Below, in pieces: positions 39,408 to 54,100 of a stretch of DNA of 64,000 bases; within the stretch, counting starts at the first letter, position 1; each line of letters starts with the position of its first letter. Position numbers and translations under genes: made by a program. The notes beneath the pieces are model-generated. The model was not told where the DNA came from, ran no database searches, and saw only the letters and a list, made by a program, of their open reading frames with translations. The DNA comes from Paraspadella gotoi (Eukaryota; Animalia; Chaetognatha): positions 24,044,411 to 24,108,410 of the forward strand of contig CM119266.1 in NCBI GenBank assembly GCA_051294375.1, read 5' to 3'.

Positions 39408-40376
39408 ACTAAGACCTCTGATTAGTTGACGCGGCGACTAAATTTTTACAATATTTTTTTCGTAGTAGCGCGGGAAAAACTCGACAACGGTTTAACTTCG
39501 ACCTCGATTGCTTTGTTGTGTTCGTTAAAACTACGACTATAATTAATTAAAAAAAAACATTTATTAGCCTTTTTTTAAGTACTGAAAAGTTTCGTATGTT
39601 CTAAATAAAGCTTATGATGTGAGTCGTTAGTTATTGTATACAAATAAGATTAAAAACTGGTTTTTGATAAGTTAGATTTAAAGGGCGTTTTAGGAATGGA
39701 CGACCGTTTTTAAAAAAAAGATAATTTACGAGTACTCGCGGAACAACTCTATAAGTCACTTTTCGGTCGGTCTGTTTGTCGGTCGGTATGTCTGTCTGTC
39801 GGTCTGTCCCACTTTTGTTAAAAATGCATATAATTTGCTTATAGTTGATTGCTCATTTGTTAAGACAGAAAAAACCTATAATCTAAGGGACTGTTAGCGC
39901 CGCCTTCAGTAACTCCAAAAACTATAAAGAATAAAAGACAGAATTTTGAAGGAGTGCAAGTCATAAATACACGCTCAAAACAATTTGTTTAGTCATGTCA
40001 TGGCATATCATGTGATCAAAAGAAAATACGCGTGAAAATAAAGTCACTGCGGCGCAACACATTGGAATTATCGTTCTTGTTTTAAAAACTTTTTGAAACT
40101 TTTTACCTTGAAGAGCTCGGTCTTTCTAAGTTTTCTGTTTTATCATTTCAATGTTTTCCCACCGGATCGCTTCTTGATAATTGAGTTAAAAACAAAAGAC
40201 AAATCAGCCGGCTGATAGTTCTTCATTATCCTACGTAAGTGATACTCTTTCCTTTTAATATTACCCACAATATATTTGGCCAAAAAGCCCTAAGTAAAAG
40301 TCGGTCGTTTCCCGCCATTCCCCAACGCGTACGAAATAAAAAGAACCTCATTGGCCACGGCGTCACTGACGACGAT

Positions 40377-42057
40377 TCAGCCGTTGACGTAGTTGTTGAT
40401 TTGTCCGTTGTCCGGCGACTTGAGGTTGACCTCGTGAAGGTTGAGCGCGCTCCCGGTCGTCATGGCGACGCCGCCGCCCAGCGGATTGTTGTTCTGGTGT
40501 CCCATGAGGGCAGCCGCCGCGGCTGCCGTCTGCAGTTTGTTATCCGCGTCGCCTCCGCCTCCGCCGACTCCGCCGCCGCCGCACATGGCTGCCGCCGCGG
40601 CCGCAGCCGCTGCCGCGGCCTCGTTTTTCTGTTGCTGCTGCAATTGATGCTCGAGCAGCGACGCCGGAGGATTCTTTGAGGCGGGCAGCGGAAGACCTCG
40701 GGCGAGCGACGCCGCGGACGATGACGACGCCGACGACGACGCCGCTTTATCCTCGCCGCCGCTAGCGCCGCCGTGGCTCTTGGCGCCGCCGTCGAGAAGG
40801 TCGCCGTTTTCGTCGAAGGAGTCCTTGTCGTCGTCGTCGTCCTCGTCGTCGTCGTCATCGCGGTTCTCGTTCTCGTCCCTCGACGGCGACGACGACGACT
40901 TGGACTTGGAATGCTTGGCCCGCGCCTCCGCGTTTAGTTCGGAGATCTTTTGTTTTTCTTTCTTCTCCTTCATCCGTCGATTCTGGAACCACACTGAAGG
41001 GGAGAGATGAGGGGGGCGGCGCGGAGAAAGGGGCGTGGTTTACTGGACGATCAAATTTAAACAGAAAACCTTACATGATATTACGCCCTCGTTGACTGTC
41101 GATTCGTATTAGTTTGATGGTAATTTTGTAGGTCAAATATTAGTCATTACAGTATAAACGTTAGTTAATAAATATATACAGCGACTTAAAAACCTAAAAT
41201 ACATTTCTATGTCAGAAAGAGCAAGACCCTCTAAGTTTTTAATCAAAACTCTCTCCGACTTAAGTTTATTAACTCACCGAATACTTGGCTTCCCTATCAA
41301 TGAAGTGTATACTATTTTTTTTAAAACTTATCATTTGACTATCTTACTACTATCTAATCTTACTTTTCTTATCTCTCTATCTTACTTTTCTTGTCTCGTA
41401 TCTTTCTCATCTTGAGTCGACGGATTTCCTAATCCTTCTCTCTCCTCCTTTCAATCAATCAACGAAAAGCCCGATGTACCGAGACGGTTTGACGCCGCCA
41501 CGTCGCCGGGCCCGCGCCGGCGACGGCGCCACGACGCCGCCTCAACGCCGGCGTTCTATCGCCGCTAATTACGCGACTCGATGCGGCGCCGGTGAATTAT
41601 TGCTCTTCTGTGAAACGTGCGACGCTGCATCTTTGATGACACGGAACGCATTCTCGAGGAGGATGGGTTTCTCTCTCTCTCTCTCTCTCTCTCCTCTCTC
41701 TCTCATCTCTCTCTCTCCTCCTCGTCTCCTCTGTTTATTCTCTGCTCTCCTCTCTCTCTGCCTCTGCGCCCTTTCTTTCCCTTCCACAAACTAAAAACGG
41801 TCCGTAGCCTGAAACGTAGCCTTTTCTTTCGATACATGGTTTTTCATTTTAGGTAATTTTGATTCTACCAAGAATACCATCAACGCCTTTACCTTTGATC
41901 TGCTCTCGTCGTAAGATGCAAGGGCGTGGGCGATCTCGATCCTCCTCCTCTCTCGTCAGGTTACTCGATTGAAGTGGATACTCTTTCTCCAGTTCCAGCG
42001 TCTGTAGCGGAGTGTAGGTCTGTCGCCCTTTTGTTAACGAGGGGAGCTTGCCTGGCC
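40377..42057 (-). CDS. Central Hox protein of the Ubd-A group (Ubx/abd-A/Lox2/Lox4-like), copy B: homeobox exon about 41893-42057 and last exon 40377-40993; 5' hexapeptide exon not found
   Basis: The last exon is open for about 205 codons: (V)WFQNRRMKEKKEKQKISELNAEAR.. then acidic, poly-Q/poly-A and Gly tracts, ending NNYVNG*; acceptor cttcag at 40994. The upstream exon gives [20 protein letters not shown] with indels and a gtaaag donor. Confidence 0.92.
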
Positions 42058-42934
42058 TCGAAAGACGAAATAGGATAGGGGGAAAAATGGCCGCGAAAAA
42101 ATTATTTAAGATGGTAACTATTGAAATCGTTTTTTCGTCTACTAATTGCGACACTTCGTTTTCATTTCGACGTTGGTATCCCAATCTGTCACATTTGGAT
42201 AAGCAGATGGTGAACTGTTAAACCTTTAACAGTTTTTGTCTTGCACTTGAAGCCCCTTCAACACGTCCTCTTAAAACTTGACCCAATAATCGTCTATCAC
42301 CAAGCCCACCTTTCGTGACAATTCTCGACAAGAGCGGTCCGAGGAAACATGGGAGGCTATTCTCTCGAAATCTCGATCCTCGCTTGTGTTTTGTTAGCAG
42401 GGACACACATGTTATATAGCAAAACATTCCCTTCCCCTTCCGTTCCGCCGCCGGCGATTCCATAACTTTTTCTTAGAACGTCTGCTCTCTCTCTCTCTTC
42501 TCTCTCGTCTCTTCTCTTCTCTCTCTCCCTCCTCTCTCTCTACTCTTCTCTCTCTCTCTCGTCTCTCTTCTTTTTTTTTTTGCTTTTTGAAAAACCAAAC
42601 CTCATACTCTTTTCGCCCGCGCAGCGCTTGTTTCAAGCTTTTTTTTTTCACAACCATCTCAATCACCACAACGCCCGAAAATATTTATTTTGAATTTCAG
42701 CATCCCCCCGAACGCCTATTCCCTAACCGACCAGCGCGCGTTATAAATAAAACGCTTCGGGAAAAAGTGGAGAATTCAGCTTTCGCCCCTCTTTATATTC
42801 CCTACCCTTTCATAACTTTTCTTTTCCATGAATGCGCTTTATGGCAACCGTCTTTAAGCATAACACTTGTTCAGTCCATTGTTATGAGATAGAAATGGAG
42901 GAAAACATCAGATAGAGAAAGAGAGAGAGAGAGA

Positions 42935-42965
<31 letters not shown>

Positions 42966-43862
42966 GAGAGACGAGAGAGAGGAGAAGTAGAGAGAGAGGA
43001 GAGAGAATTGAAAGTCCAAGGTATAACTAGAAAGAGAGAATGAGAGAAAAGAAAGAAAAGGGAAATTAAATAACGAGTCGAGAATTTTTTTCTTTATCTT
43101 CTCTGATGTATTTTAATATCCCTTTCTTTCCTCCTCATGTTTATAATGATTTTCTTATGTCCTTAATTTTTTCCCCTTTTTCATTTTCTTTTTTTTCCAG
43201 TTTTTTTCCTTTTGTAGTTTGCAAACTGTTTTGAGCGGCCGTTCTCGGCGCGAGATTCAATGTCGTTCTTTCCTTGTCAGCGCTCGCCTTATTTACCTGC
43301 CCATTATTTTCCAGGGCCTCATATTTTACTTTTCCACCAGCCATATTGAATAGAATGCCTATCCCCCCGGCCAAACTAAATTGTCAACTATTATATTTCA
43401 TTCTAGGAAATATGGGTTTTTTCTTCTGTATTGTATTATGCTGATGAATGGCACTTAAGAATAAGTTCTATGTTTTACAATGCTAAATGGTTATTTCCTT
43501 CCAATCTTTCTTTCTTTCCTCCCTTTTTTTTTCCCCCTATACAGTTTTCCCCTTTCTTCCTTCCACAAAAGTCCGCATATACAAACACTGCGTGGTTTTT
43601 TTTCCATTAATTGATTTCACTTTAATTCCCTCCATTGTAGGTTAATAACCCTTTCCACCATCTCCATCACGCCTTTCTTCATCGCGTCTGAGTGACTTAT
43701 GTCTGTCGCCTTTCCCCAGCACACAATCCCGCGGAGCCGCAACCAATGATTAGTCCCGAGAATCTGGCCATTTTGCAGAGGGAGACTCGGTGGAAATTAA
43801 TGGTTTGGAGAGAGAGAGAGAGAGAGAGAGAAGAGACGAGAGATGGTAGAAGGCAGAGAAGA

Positions 43863-43906
<44 letters not shown>

Positions 43907-44816
43907 AAGAAGAGAGAAGAAGAAGAGAGAGGAGATGAGAGAGAGAGAGAGAGCAGGCAGGACAAAAGTGGCGGCTGCGAAATGGCAGAATTTACGACTT
44001 TCGCGTTGTCCAAGCTTCTTACGGTTTAATATATTATTTTATTTAAAGGATATTTCTACCCTATCTCTCAAATTCGTATCCCACTTGAAAGCTAAAGTTA
44101 AAGAATCTCACGGCTTTGTTATGAAATATACGATACTAGCTATCCCGGCGTTTATGGAAAAAATTCATATTAATTATTTACCAAATAAAAAAATAGATGA
44201 TGCTAATTTCATTTTTAGAGACCTCAGTTGTTTTGTAAATTTTAAGCATTTTAGCATTATGTCTGCCCCATTGGTTTCATGCGTTGGAACCAATTCGCGA
44301 ATGCAATTCAAATTAGTCTTATCTGAGATAAAATTATTTATTTAAATGGTATTGTAATGAATAGAATTTATGAAGCTGCTCTGATGAACGTACCCAGTCT
44401 GAGTAGGGCTACAAATTGGAAATAAAACGTAAAATTGTGAGACGAAATCAAGCCGAAAAGAGATTTTTCGCTAAAAAAAGTCCACATGTGTTTAGAGATA
44501 AGTGACTGTCAACGCCAACACGCCGGACTCATTTCGCCAGTCGGGAACAGTCAATAGTGCGGGGGAAAAAGACTTTGCGTGTAGTGAGGTCCTGCAATGT
44601 GCGCGAATGTATACTGCCGTGCGAAGGTGTCGAAAATACAATCCTGCGCGCACTTAGAGATGAGGGAGGTGGGTGAGAGAAAGAGAGAGAGAGAGAGTTA
44701 GAGACGGAGAANNNNNNNNNNNNNNNNNNNNNNNNNTCCACAAACTAAAAACGTCCGAGCCTAAACGTAGCCTTTTCTTTATACTATGGTTTTTCATTTT
44801 AGGTAATTTTGATCTA

Positions 44817-45143
<327 letters not shown>

Positions 45144-45832
45144 TTAACCTTTAACAGTTTTTGTCTTGCACTTGAGCCCTTCAACCGTCTCTTAAAACTT
45201 GACTCCATATCGTCTAATCACCAAGCCCCTTTCGTGAAATTCTCCGACAAGAGGGTCCGAGGAAACATGGAGGCTATTCTCGAATCTCGATCCTCGCTTG
45301 TGTTTTGTTACGAGGGACACAACAGTTATAAAGCAAAACATTCCCTTCCCTTCCGTTCCGCCGCCGGCGATCCCACTAACTTTTTCTTAGAACGTCTGCT
45401 CTCTCTCTCTCTTCTCTCTCTCTCTTTTCTTCTTCTCTCTTCTCTCTCTCTCTCTCTCTCTCTCTCCTCTCTCGTCTCTCTCTCTCTTTTTCGTTTTCTC
45501 TTTTTCTTTTGACTGAAAAACCAAAATACCTCAACCTTTTTCGCGCCCGCAGCGCTTGTTTCAAGCTTTTTTTTTTCCACAACCATCTCAATCACCCACG
45601 CCCCAAAATATTTAATTTTGAATTTCACAGCATCCGGAAACCCTATTCCCTACCGACCCCGCGTTTTAAAAACGCTTCGGGAAAAAGTGGAGATTCAGTT
45701 TCCCCCTCTTTATATTCCCTACCCATTCATAACTTTCTTCTTCCATGAATGGCTTTTGGCACCGTTTAAGCATAACACTTGTTCAGCTCGCATTGTTATG
45801 AGATAGAATGGAGGGAAAACCATCAAAGAGAA

Positions 45833-45899
<67 letters not shown>

Positions 45900-48800
45900 A
45901 AAGTCAGAGTAACAGAAAGAGAGAGAGAAAAGAAAGAAAGGGAAATTAATAACGAGTCGAGATTTTTTCTTTATCTTCTTGATGTATTTTTATATCCCTT
46001 TCCTCCTCTGTTTATATGTTTTTCTTTTCCTTATTTTTTCCTTTTTCCTTTTCTTTTTTTTCAGTTTTTTTCTTTTTGTTGTTTGCAACTGTTTGAGCGG
46101 CCGTCTCGGCGAGATTCAATGTCGTTCTTTCCTGTCAGCCTTCGCCTTATTTACTGCCCATTATTTCCAGGCCTCATATTTACTTTTCCCAGCCATAATT
46201 GAATAATGCCTCATCCCCCGGCCAACTAAATTGTCAACTATTTATATTTCATTCTAGGAATATGGGTTTTTTTCTTCTGTATTTGTATTTATGCTGATGA
46301 ATGGCACTTGAGATAAGTTCTATGTTTTAATGCTTAAATGGTTATTTCCTCCAATCTTTCTTTCTTTCCTTTTTTTCCCTAACAGTTTCCCCCTTCTTCA
46401 CAAAGTCCGCATTACACTGCGTGGTTTTTTTTCCATTATTGATTTTTCCTTTTATTCCTCCATGTAGGTTAATAACCCTTTCCACCATCCCAGCCTTTCT
46501 CATCGCGTCTGAGTGACTTATGTCTTCGCCTTCACCCGCACCACATCCCGCGGAAGCCGCACCATGATTAAGTCCGAGAATCTGCCATGTTGCAGAGGGA
46601 CTCGGTAGGAATATGGTTTTGAAGGAGAGAGAGAGAGAGAGAGAGAGATGACAGAGATGATTGAGAGAGAGAGAGAGAGAGAGAGAGAGCAGAGGAGGAG
46701 ACGACTGAGAGAGAGAGAGAGAGAGAGAGAGACAAAAGGTGGCGCTGGAATGGCAGATTTACGACTTTCGCGTTCAAGCGTTCTTCGGTTTAATATTATT
46801 ATTTTATTTAAAGATATTTCTCCATTCTCAAATTCGTATTCCCACTTGAAACTAAAGTTAAAGAATCTCACCTTTGTTATGAAATATACATACTAGCTAA
46901 TCCGGCGTTATGGAAAAAATCATATTAATTATTTACCAAATAAAAAAATAGATATGCTATTTCATTTTAGACCTCAGTTGTTTGTAAATTTTAGCATTTT
47001 AGCATTTCCCATTTGGTTCATGCGGTTGGACATTCCGAGCATTCAAATTAGATCTACTGAGATAAAATTATTTATTAAATGTATTGTAATGAATAGAATT
47101 TTATGAAGCTCTGATGAACGTACCCAGTCTGAGTTAGGCATTGAAATAAAAACGTAAATGTGAGACGAAATCAGCGAAGAGATTTTCCTAAAAAGTCCAC
47201 ATTGTTAGAGATAAGTGACTTCAACCACCCGGACTCTCGCCAGTCGGGAACAGTCAAAGTCGGAAAAGACTTTGCGTGTAGTGAGTCTCATGTGCGCGAT
47301 AGTATATGCGTGCGAAGGTTCGAAATATCGCGCGCACTAGAGATAGAGGGAAAGGTGGTGAGAGAAAGAGAGAGAGAGAGAGTTAGAGACGGAGACCAAA
47401 TGGAAAAGAAAAATTGAAAGAGAGAGGAAGAGAGACAGGGAGAGAGAATGTTGAGAAGCATTGTGGAACGTGACGAGAGAGAGAGAGAGACGAGAGAGAG
47501 CAGGAAGAGAGAGTCTAGAGGAGACGAGGAGAGAGGAGAGAGAGAGAGACGAGAGGGAAAAAAAAGAACGACCTCGGCAAAAGAGGTTTACAACGGCACT
47601 CGAGTATTATTTTACGATCCGAGGAATGGAGGCTTTTGATAGCGAAAACAGATGATGACGACGGACGANNNNNNNNNNNNNNNNNNNNNNNNNNNNNNNN
47701 NNNNNNNNNNNNACCGACCGACCGACCGACTTCCTTTTCAAAACGTCGACGCGTCCCGCGCAATTTACGACGATAATCACCGGAAGAGATCTTCAGGCGA
47801 GAATGTGTTTGCTTATTGTCGACGACGTCAATGTGAAAATGTTTTATACTTTATTAGTTTTTATCTATATTTATTTTATTTTAATAATAACGCTGTACAA
47901 CGTTTAGTTTTGAAATCAGCTTTACCAACGTTGATATTCGTGAAAGTTGGTCGATGATATGGGTCGATTATGTTGACCGTTACGCTTAAAACGAATACAT
48001 GGGCGCTAACTAAAAAATATCACGAAAACAACAGTGCCTGTGACGAAGAGAATGATGATTATGACGACGACGACGCCGACGACGACGGAGGGGATAACGA
48101 CGATCGCCTTCGGTCTTTAAAACAATTAAGCCAAACAAAAGAAACTAACTTCAGAAGCGCGAAGAGAGTCAACTGATTGGGGGAGAGAGAATTGAGCCTA
48201 AAAATAGAAACAGAAGGGGGGAAAAAAGATAAATGGAGGCAGAGGATGGGGTGCGAGGTAGAAGATGGGAAAAGGAGGCAGGATAAGGAAAGAAAGGGAG
48301 ATAAGAAAGAAAAAGATACGGAGGGAAGGGAGTCAGAAGAAGGAAAGCAAGGAAGAAAAAGAAAGGAATGAAACTGAGGTCGAAGAAAAGGAGCGACTTA
48401 GGAAAAAAAAGGTAAAAAATGGAGGCAGAAGAAAAAGAGAAAGAGAAAGAAAAGGTAGCAACGAAATAAGAAAGGAAGAAAATATAACTTAGTTGGAAAG
48501 CGATAAGAAATAAGAAAGGAAGGGAAGCGCTGTAGAAAAAGAAAAGGAATACAAAGAAAACTTGAGTCGAAAGAGGGAGACGGAGAGAGAGAAAAAAGGA
48601 GCCTTGGAAATTCCTTCACGCCCCCGGTTTTTTATTGCGTCGAAAAGTCTTTCGAGTGTTTTGTTGTCAACATTTTGTCGTTTAACGATTCTTTCCTCTT
48701 CGGCTGTTGTTTGGCAGTCGTCGCTCTCGTCGTCGTTGTCGTCTTGGTCGTCGTCCGACATTTCCGCGCTCTCTCTCGCTCTTTCCGTCTCTCTCTCTAT

Positions 48801-50338
48801 CCCCCCATCTCTCTCTTGTTTTGTCCCTTTTGTTTTTTTCGCCAGTTTGGAATTTGGAATTTTTCCACTGTTTACGCCCGTTCCGATGCCGCTCGTATTT
48901 TTTGGGTCGGGCGTCTCTCTCCCTCTCTCTCTCGTTTTCTCTTCCTTATTTGTTTCTCTCTTCTCCTTTCCTTTCTTCCTCCTTCCTTCCTTCCTTCCTT
49001 CGTGCAACTCAAGTTCCCTTTCTCTCAGCTTTTCCTTACGATACAAACCGATACAGTTCAGTCCAATAACTATCCGTTTTCTCGATGACCTTATTTCCTT
49101 ATTTTTTGAACCCAATGACTTTTTTCGCTTCCTCATTCACCGAATTTTCTTTGTGTCTCCTCACTCTTTTGCCCATTGTTCGATTCACTAGACCTCTACA
49201 TCCGTATGACCACATAACTAAGTATTTCAAGTCTATATACGTCATTATACGTCATTATACGTCATAATATGATATACGTAGATAACAAAATATGCAAAAG
49301 TTTAAGCTCTCTCTCTNNNNNNNNNNNNNNNNNNNNNNNNNNNNNNNNNNNNNNNNNNNNNNNNNNNNNNNNNNNNNNNNNNNNNNNNNNNNNNNNNNNN
49401 NNNNNNNNNNNNNNNNNNNNNNNNNNNNNNNNNNNNNNNNNNNNNNNNNNNNNNNNNNNNNNNNNNNNNNNNNNNNNNNNNNNNNNNNNNNNNNNNNNNN
49501 NAAAAAAAAAATCTCCCTTTTACGATTTAATGCCGCCTTTAATGGGATCCGTTACGAGCGCAATTTCAAAAGGGTTTCCGCGGACGCCGCTCCCGTCGCA
49601 GCAGCAGCTGCTTTCGACGACGATGACGACGACGTCGACGACGACGTCGATTTGCCTTGAAAATTTCAATAATTTTTTTTCTTGTTTTTTTTTCTCCGAA
49701 AGTCGAGTCATTTTTTATGAGGTTCGATATCGTCGCTTCAACGAAGCCATAACCGCCTCCCATGCGTGCATTGATGGCGCGCTTGGTTTTCTTGCTCCAC
49801 TGCTTGCTTGAAAACCAAACAGGATTGCTTCTCGCTATATATTGCCGTTCCGCTCTCGCTCTCGCTCATTTCTAAATATTTGTGTATATCTTGAAAGAGT
49901 TGTTCTTCTATACCATTCTATAAACAACGACTAAAATATGTCTGTTATTTTTCGTATTTACTTACTCTCCCTTTCTTTTGTTATCATTCCTATTCTCGCT
50001 TTAACTGTATTAGTCACACTCCTTTCGTCGTCGTATTATTTCTTTATCTACGCCCTTTATTTCTTTCCCGATATCCATTGCTTCTCCNNNNNNNNNNNNN
50101 NNNNNNNNNNNNNNNNNNNNNNNNNNNNNNNNNNNNNNNNNNNNNNNNNNNNNNNNNNNNNNNNNNNNNNNNNNNNNNNNNNNNNNNNNNNNNTTGAGAG
50201 GCAATTCCTCCTCTTCCTCCTTTTCACCTTTCCTCCTTTTTTCCATTTCCTCTCTCGCTCTCTCTCGCTCTGCCTCTCTCTCTCTTTCTGGCTGTGTGTC
50301 TCTCGTTTTCTTCTTCGCCAGATGGTGACAGTCTCCTG

Positions 50339-50380
<42 letters not shown>

Positions 50381-51100
50381 CTCTCTCTCTCTCTGCTTTA
50401 AATAAGTGACAAGAAACAGCGCTGGTTCCATTGTTAAACTGGAAATGGCGCGCTCAAACAGCCATCGGCGCCTGTTCGCACCGAATGAAGGCTGGCAGAG
50501 ATCACGTCGGTCGCTGCCGTCCAGATATAGTTTTTTACCTCGTTTAATAGTTGTCATTGATAAAAAAAAAAAAAAAACGTGAATATTTAAACTTAAAACC
50601 AATATTCTAATAAGATCAGGTAATTTTAATCTTTGGACTTTGTAAGTTTTTATGATCATCGAAGGATCAGGCGACGGACACATGCTTTACGTTGGCGCTT
50701 TTACTTTAAATCTAGCGCACTTATAAATTTATTAAAAATATTTTTTGGAATTACAAAATTATACTCAAAATATTTAATGGAAAATGAGTATTCCTTACAA
50801 GGCACATCAGTCCCTATTTCTAATTCCACGTTAAACACGATAACATATAGTCACCACCATCCTCCACTGGCGCCGCCGCCGCCTCCAAAACGCCGATGCC
50901 GCAGGCGCCGCCGCCGCCGCCGCTTTTTTTCCAATTTGAGACTTGGCTCTAAAGCCTCGCCTAAAGACCGCCTTTCCTAAAGGCCGCATCTCCTAAAGAC
51001 CGCGAGTAACAGTTTTTTCCCGATGTTTTGCTCCGCTTCATTTTCGCCTCCACATTCCCGACTCCATTTGGGAAAGTTCAAGACGAAGGGAAAAGACAAA

Positions 51101-51136
<36 letters not shown>

Positions 51137-54100
51137 TTTTCAGTTCCACAATTCAAGAAACCAAAATTTCCGTTGACAACTTTTTCAGTGCCGAGACAAG
51201 AGTGGTCTAAACAACGGAACAATTTTGAATACATACTTAGCATAAGCTTTTTTGACCACTTTTTTGACCCAAATACTAATAATCTTAATCTTAATCTATT
51301 CTTCTTCTGATGTCAAGAAAAGAACGCAATTTTCAGCCTCGTTACGATTAACGGATTATTGAATAAAGTAAAAAAGTGCATACTAATATACTACTTTGTT
51401 TTTTAATCGTCAGGGTTAAAAGTAATGGTAGAGGTTTTGAGCATATATTTGGTCATTTTTCTAAATAAAATAAATATTGGTTTATTTACGACGGTAGATT
51501 TATAGTCTAATATGAAACACAACGAACTGANNNNNNNNNNNNNNNNNNNNNNNNNNNNNNNNNNNNNNNNNNNNNNNNNNNNNNNNNNNNNNNNNNNNNN
51601 NNNNNNNNNNNNNNNNNNNNNNNNNNNNNNNNNNNNNNNNNNNNNNNNNNNNNNNNNNNNNNNNNNNNNNNNNNNNNNNNNNNNNNNNNNNNNNNNNNNN
51701 NNNNNNNNNNNNNNNNNNNNNNNAAACGAATTCATCACCACTTTATCCTCTTTAATAATTTTTCTTCGTTTCTTTCACTCATCACTTTTTCCTTATTATA
51801 ATCCTCACTTGTGACACTGTTCTTCATTTCGTTTCATTGAACGATTTTGAGAACTCGTCACTTTCTTTATCGTGTTCGTGATAAAGTTAAAAATGTTTAA
51901 ACAGAATACTTTGTAACTTTCCCTCTCTAATTCTCGTGCTCGTCGTTGTTGTCCTCTGTCGTCGTCGTTGTCGCCAAACCAGTGTGATGAGGTCGTCGTC
52001 GTCGTCGTCGTCGCTCTCGTCCTCATTATCGTCGTCCTTATTGTCTCGTTCGTCCTCCCATTGTCGACAAAAGCGTCCCTTTGATGTCGCCGACTGGATT
52101 CCTAACCCGGTCGCAAATTCTTTTTTTTTCCGCTTGGAACTTTGAAAAACGCCCCGATTGCGTCACAACTTTCAAACCAAAGCGCCACAATCGCGTCACT
52201 TATAAGCCGTAACACAACAGACGACGATTCACCATCGACAAATGAAAAACTCATGGTTTGACGATGCGTCCAACAGCTTTATTACCAATTCTTGACGCTT
52301 ACCACAACTATTTGGCCTCGAATTTCTATTACAAATAACGGTTAGATTAATGGGTAGAGTTTTATAATTCGCAACAATTATCCCAATACACTCGTCAAAC
52401 TTCTTNNNNNNNNNNNNNNNNNNNNNNNNNNNNNNNNNNNNNNNNNNNNNNNNNNNNNNNNNNNNNNNNNNNNNNNNNNNNNNNNNNNNNNNNNNNNNNN
52501 NNNNNNNNNNNNNNNNNNNNNNNNNNNNNNNNNNNNNNNNNNNNNNNNNNNNNNNNNNNNNNNNNNNNNNNNNNNNNNNNNNNNNNNNNNNNNNNNNNNN
52601 NNNNNNNNNNNNNNNNNNNNNNNNNNNNNGTTGCTTTGTTGGTTAAATCTTCTGAGTATCGAAGCTAAACAAGTGTCGGACTCTGGCGGACGTTTTTTTT
52701 TAAATGATCGAAGAAGTTTCTGATCGAAAACAAATGTCAAGTATTTGAGATTTTCTAGGTCAAATTAAATTTACTTTGTGAGTTTTGAAGTCTATCTTTT
52801 TACACGAAAATAGATACTAAAAAGTGTACATATAACAAATACTTTTAAAATTGTTAAATTTACTATTAGTACGTACACGTACAACGGCGTTGAGTGAACC
52901 AGGACGACGCACCAGGCATTCCTTTTACCGGAAGCGACATTGGCCGGTCTAAACCGGCGTCAACCGGCGTCATCCGGCGTCAACCGCAGAACGTCGGGAG
53001 TGAAAAACGAGAAAGTGACGCTTTTAAAACTCGAGGAAGCAGAAAAAAAAACGATAATATATCCCGTAAAAAATGAAAGAACGTCCGTAAGAGCAGGGCG
53101 GGATAAAAAATCGAGGTTATATTCCATTATGTAAGATAAGATGAGAGAGGGAAGAGAGANNNNNNNNNNNNNNNNNNNNNNNNNNNNNNNNNNNNNNNNN
53201 NNNNNNNNNNNNNNNNNNNNNNNNNNNNNNNNNNNNNNNNNNNNNNNNNNNNNNNNNNNNNNNNNNNNNNNNNNNNNNNNNNNNNNNNNNNNNNNNNNNN
53301 NNNNNNNNNNNNNNNNNNNNNNNNNNNNNNNNNNNNNNNNNNNNNNNNNNNNNNNNNNNNNNNNNNNNNNNNNNNNNNNNNNNNNNNNNNNNNNNNNNNN
53401 NNNNNNNNNNNNNNNNNNNNNNNNNNNNNNNNNNNNNNNNNNNNNNNNNNNNNNNNNNNNNNNNNNGGGGGGGAATGTGGGGTGACTGGGTTGTGGTATG
53501 TGGGTGTCGGGTTGGGGAGGATGGGAGTGGAAGGTGGGAAGTGGCAAGGAGAGGCGTGTGGCAAGAGGCGGTTAAAGAGAAGGTGCGGTATAATTTTCTT
53601 ACGAATAATAATCAAAAATAAATTATTGCAGTGAAATTTTGAATAAAGACCAGAAGCAAAACCAAACTAGAAAATTGGCTGAGCGACGAAAGTTGAGAAG
53701 GATTTAGAGAGAATGGTTTAATTTTGATGGAGATGAGAAATATAAAAGATTATTTGGGAAAGGAAACGTGATAATTCTAATCTGAGCAAAGAGCAATGAG
53801 CAGTGAGCAGTGAGCACTCTCCGAATCGCAAAGAGATGAATTTTAACGGCCTCAGGCTTAGGAAGAGTGAACGTAAGCCGGAAACATCGAGACGAAGAAT
53901 ATATTTCTTTTTAACCTTTTTTCTCTCAACCTTTTCCTTTTAAAATCCTTTCATTACGTTTCTCCTTCGACCTTCAAGGTGTGGGAATGAAGAAAAAAAT
54001 TAATTAATACGAGTGTAAGTTTAAGCTTATAACTTATATAAGAGTAACTTCGTGTTTTTAACATTATACTCTTCTTATGAGAGCGGGAGTGTTGTTTCTT

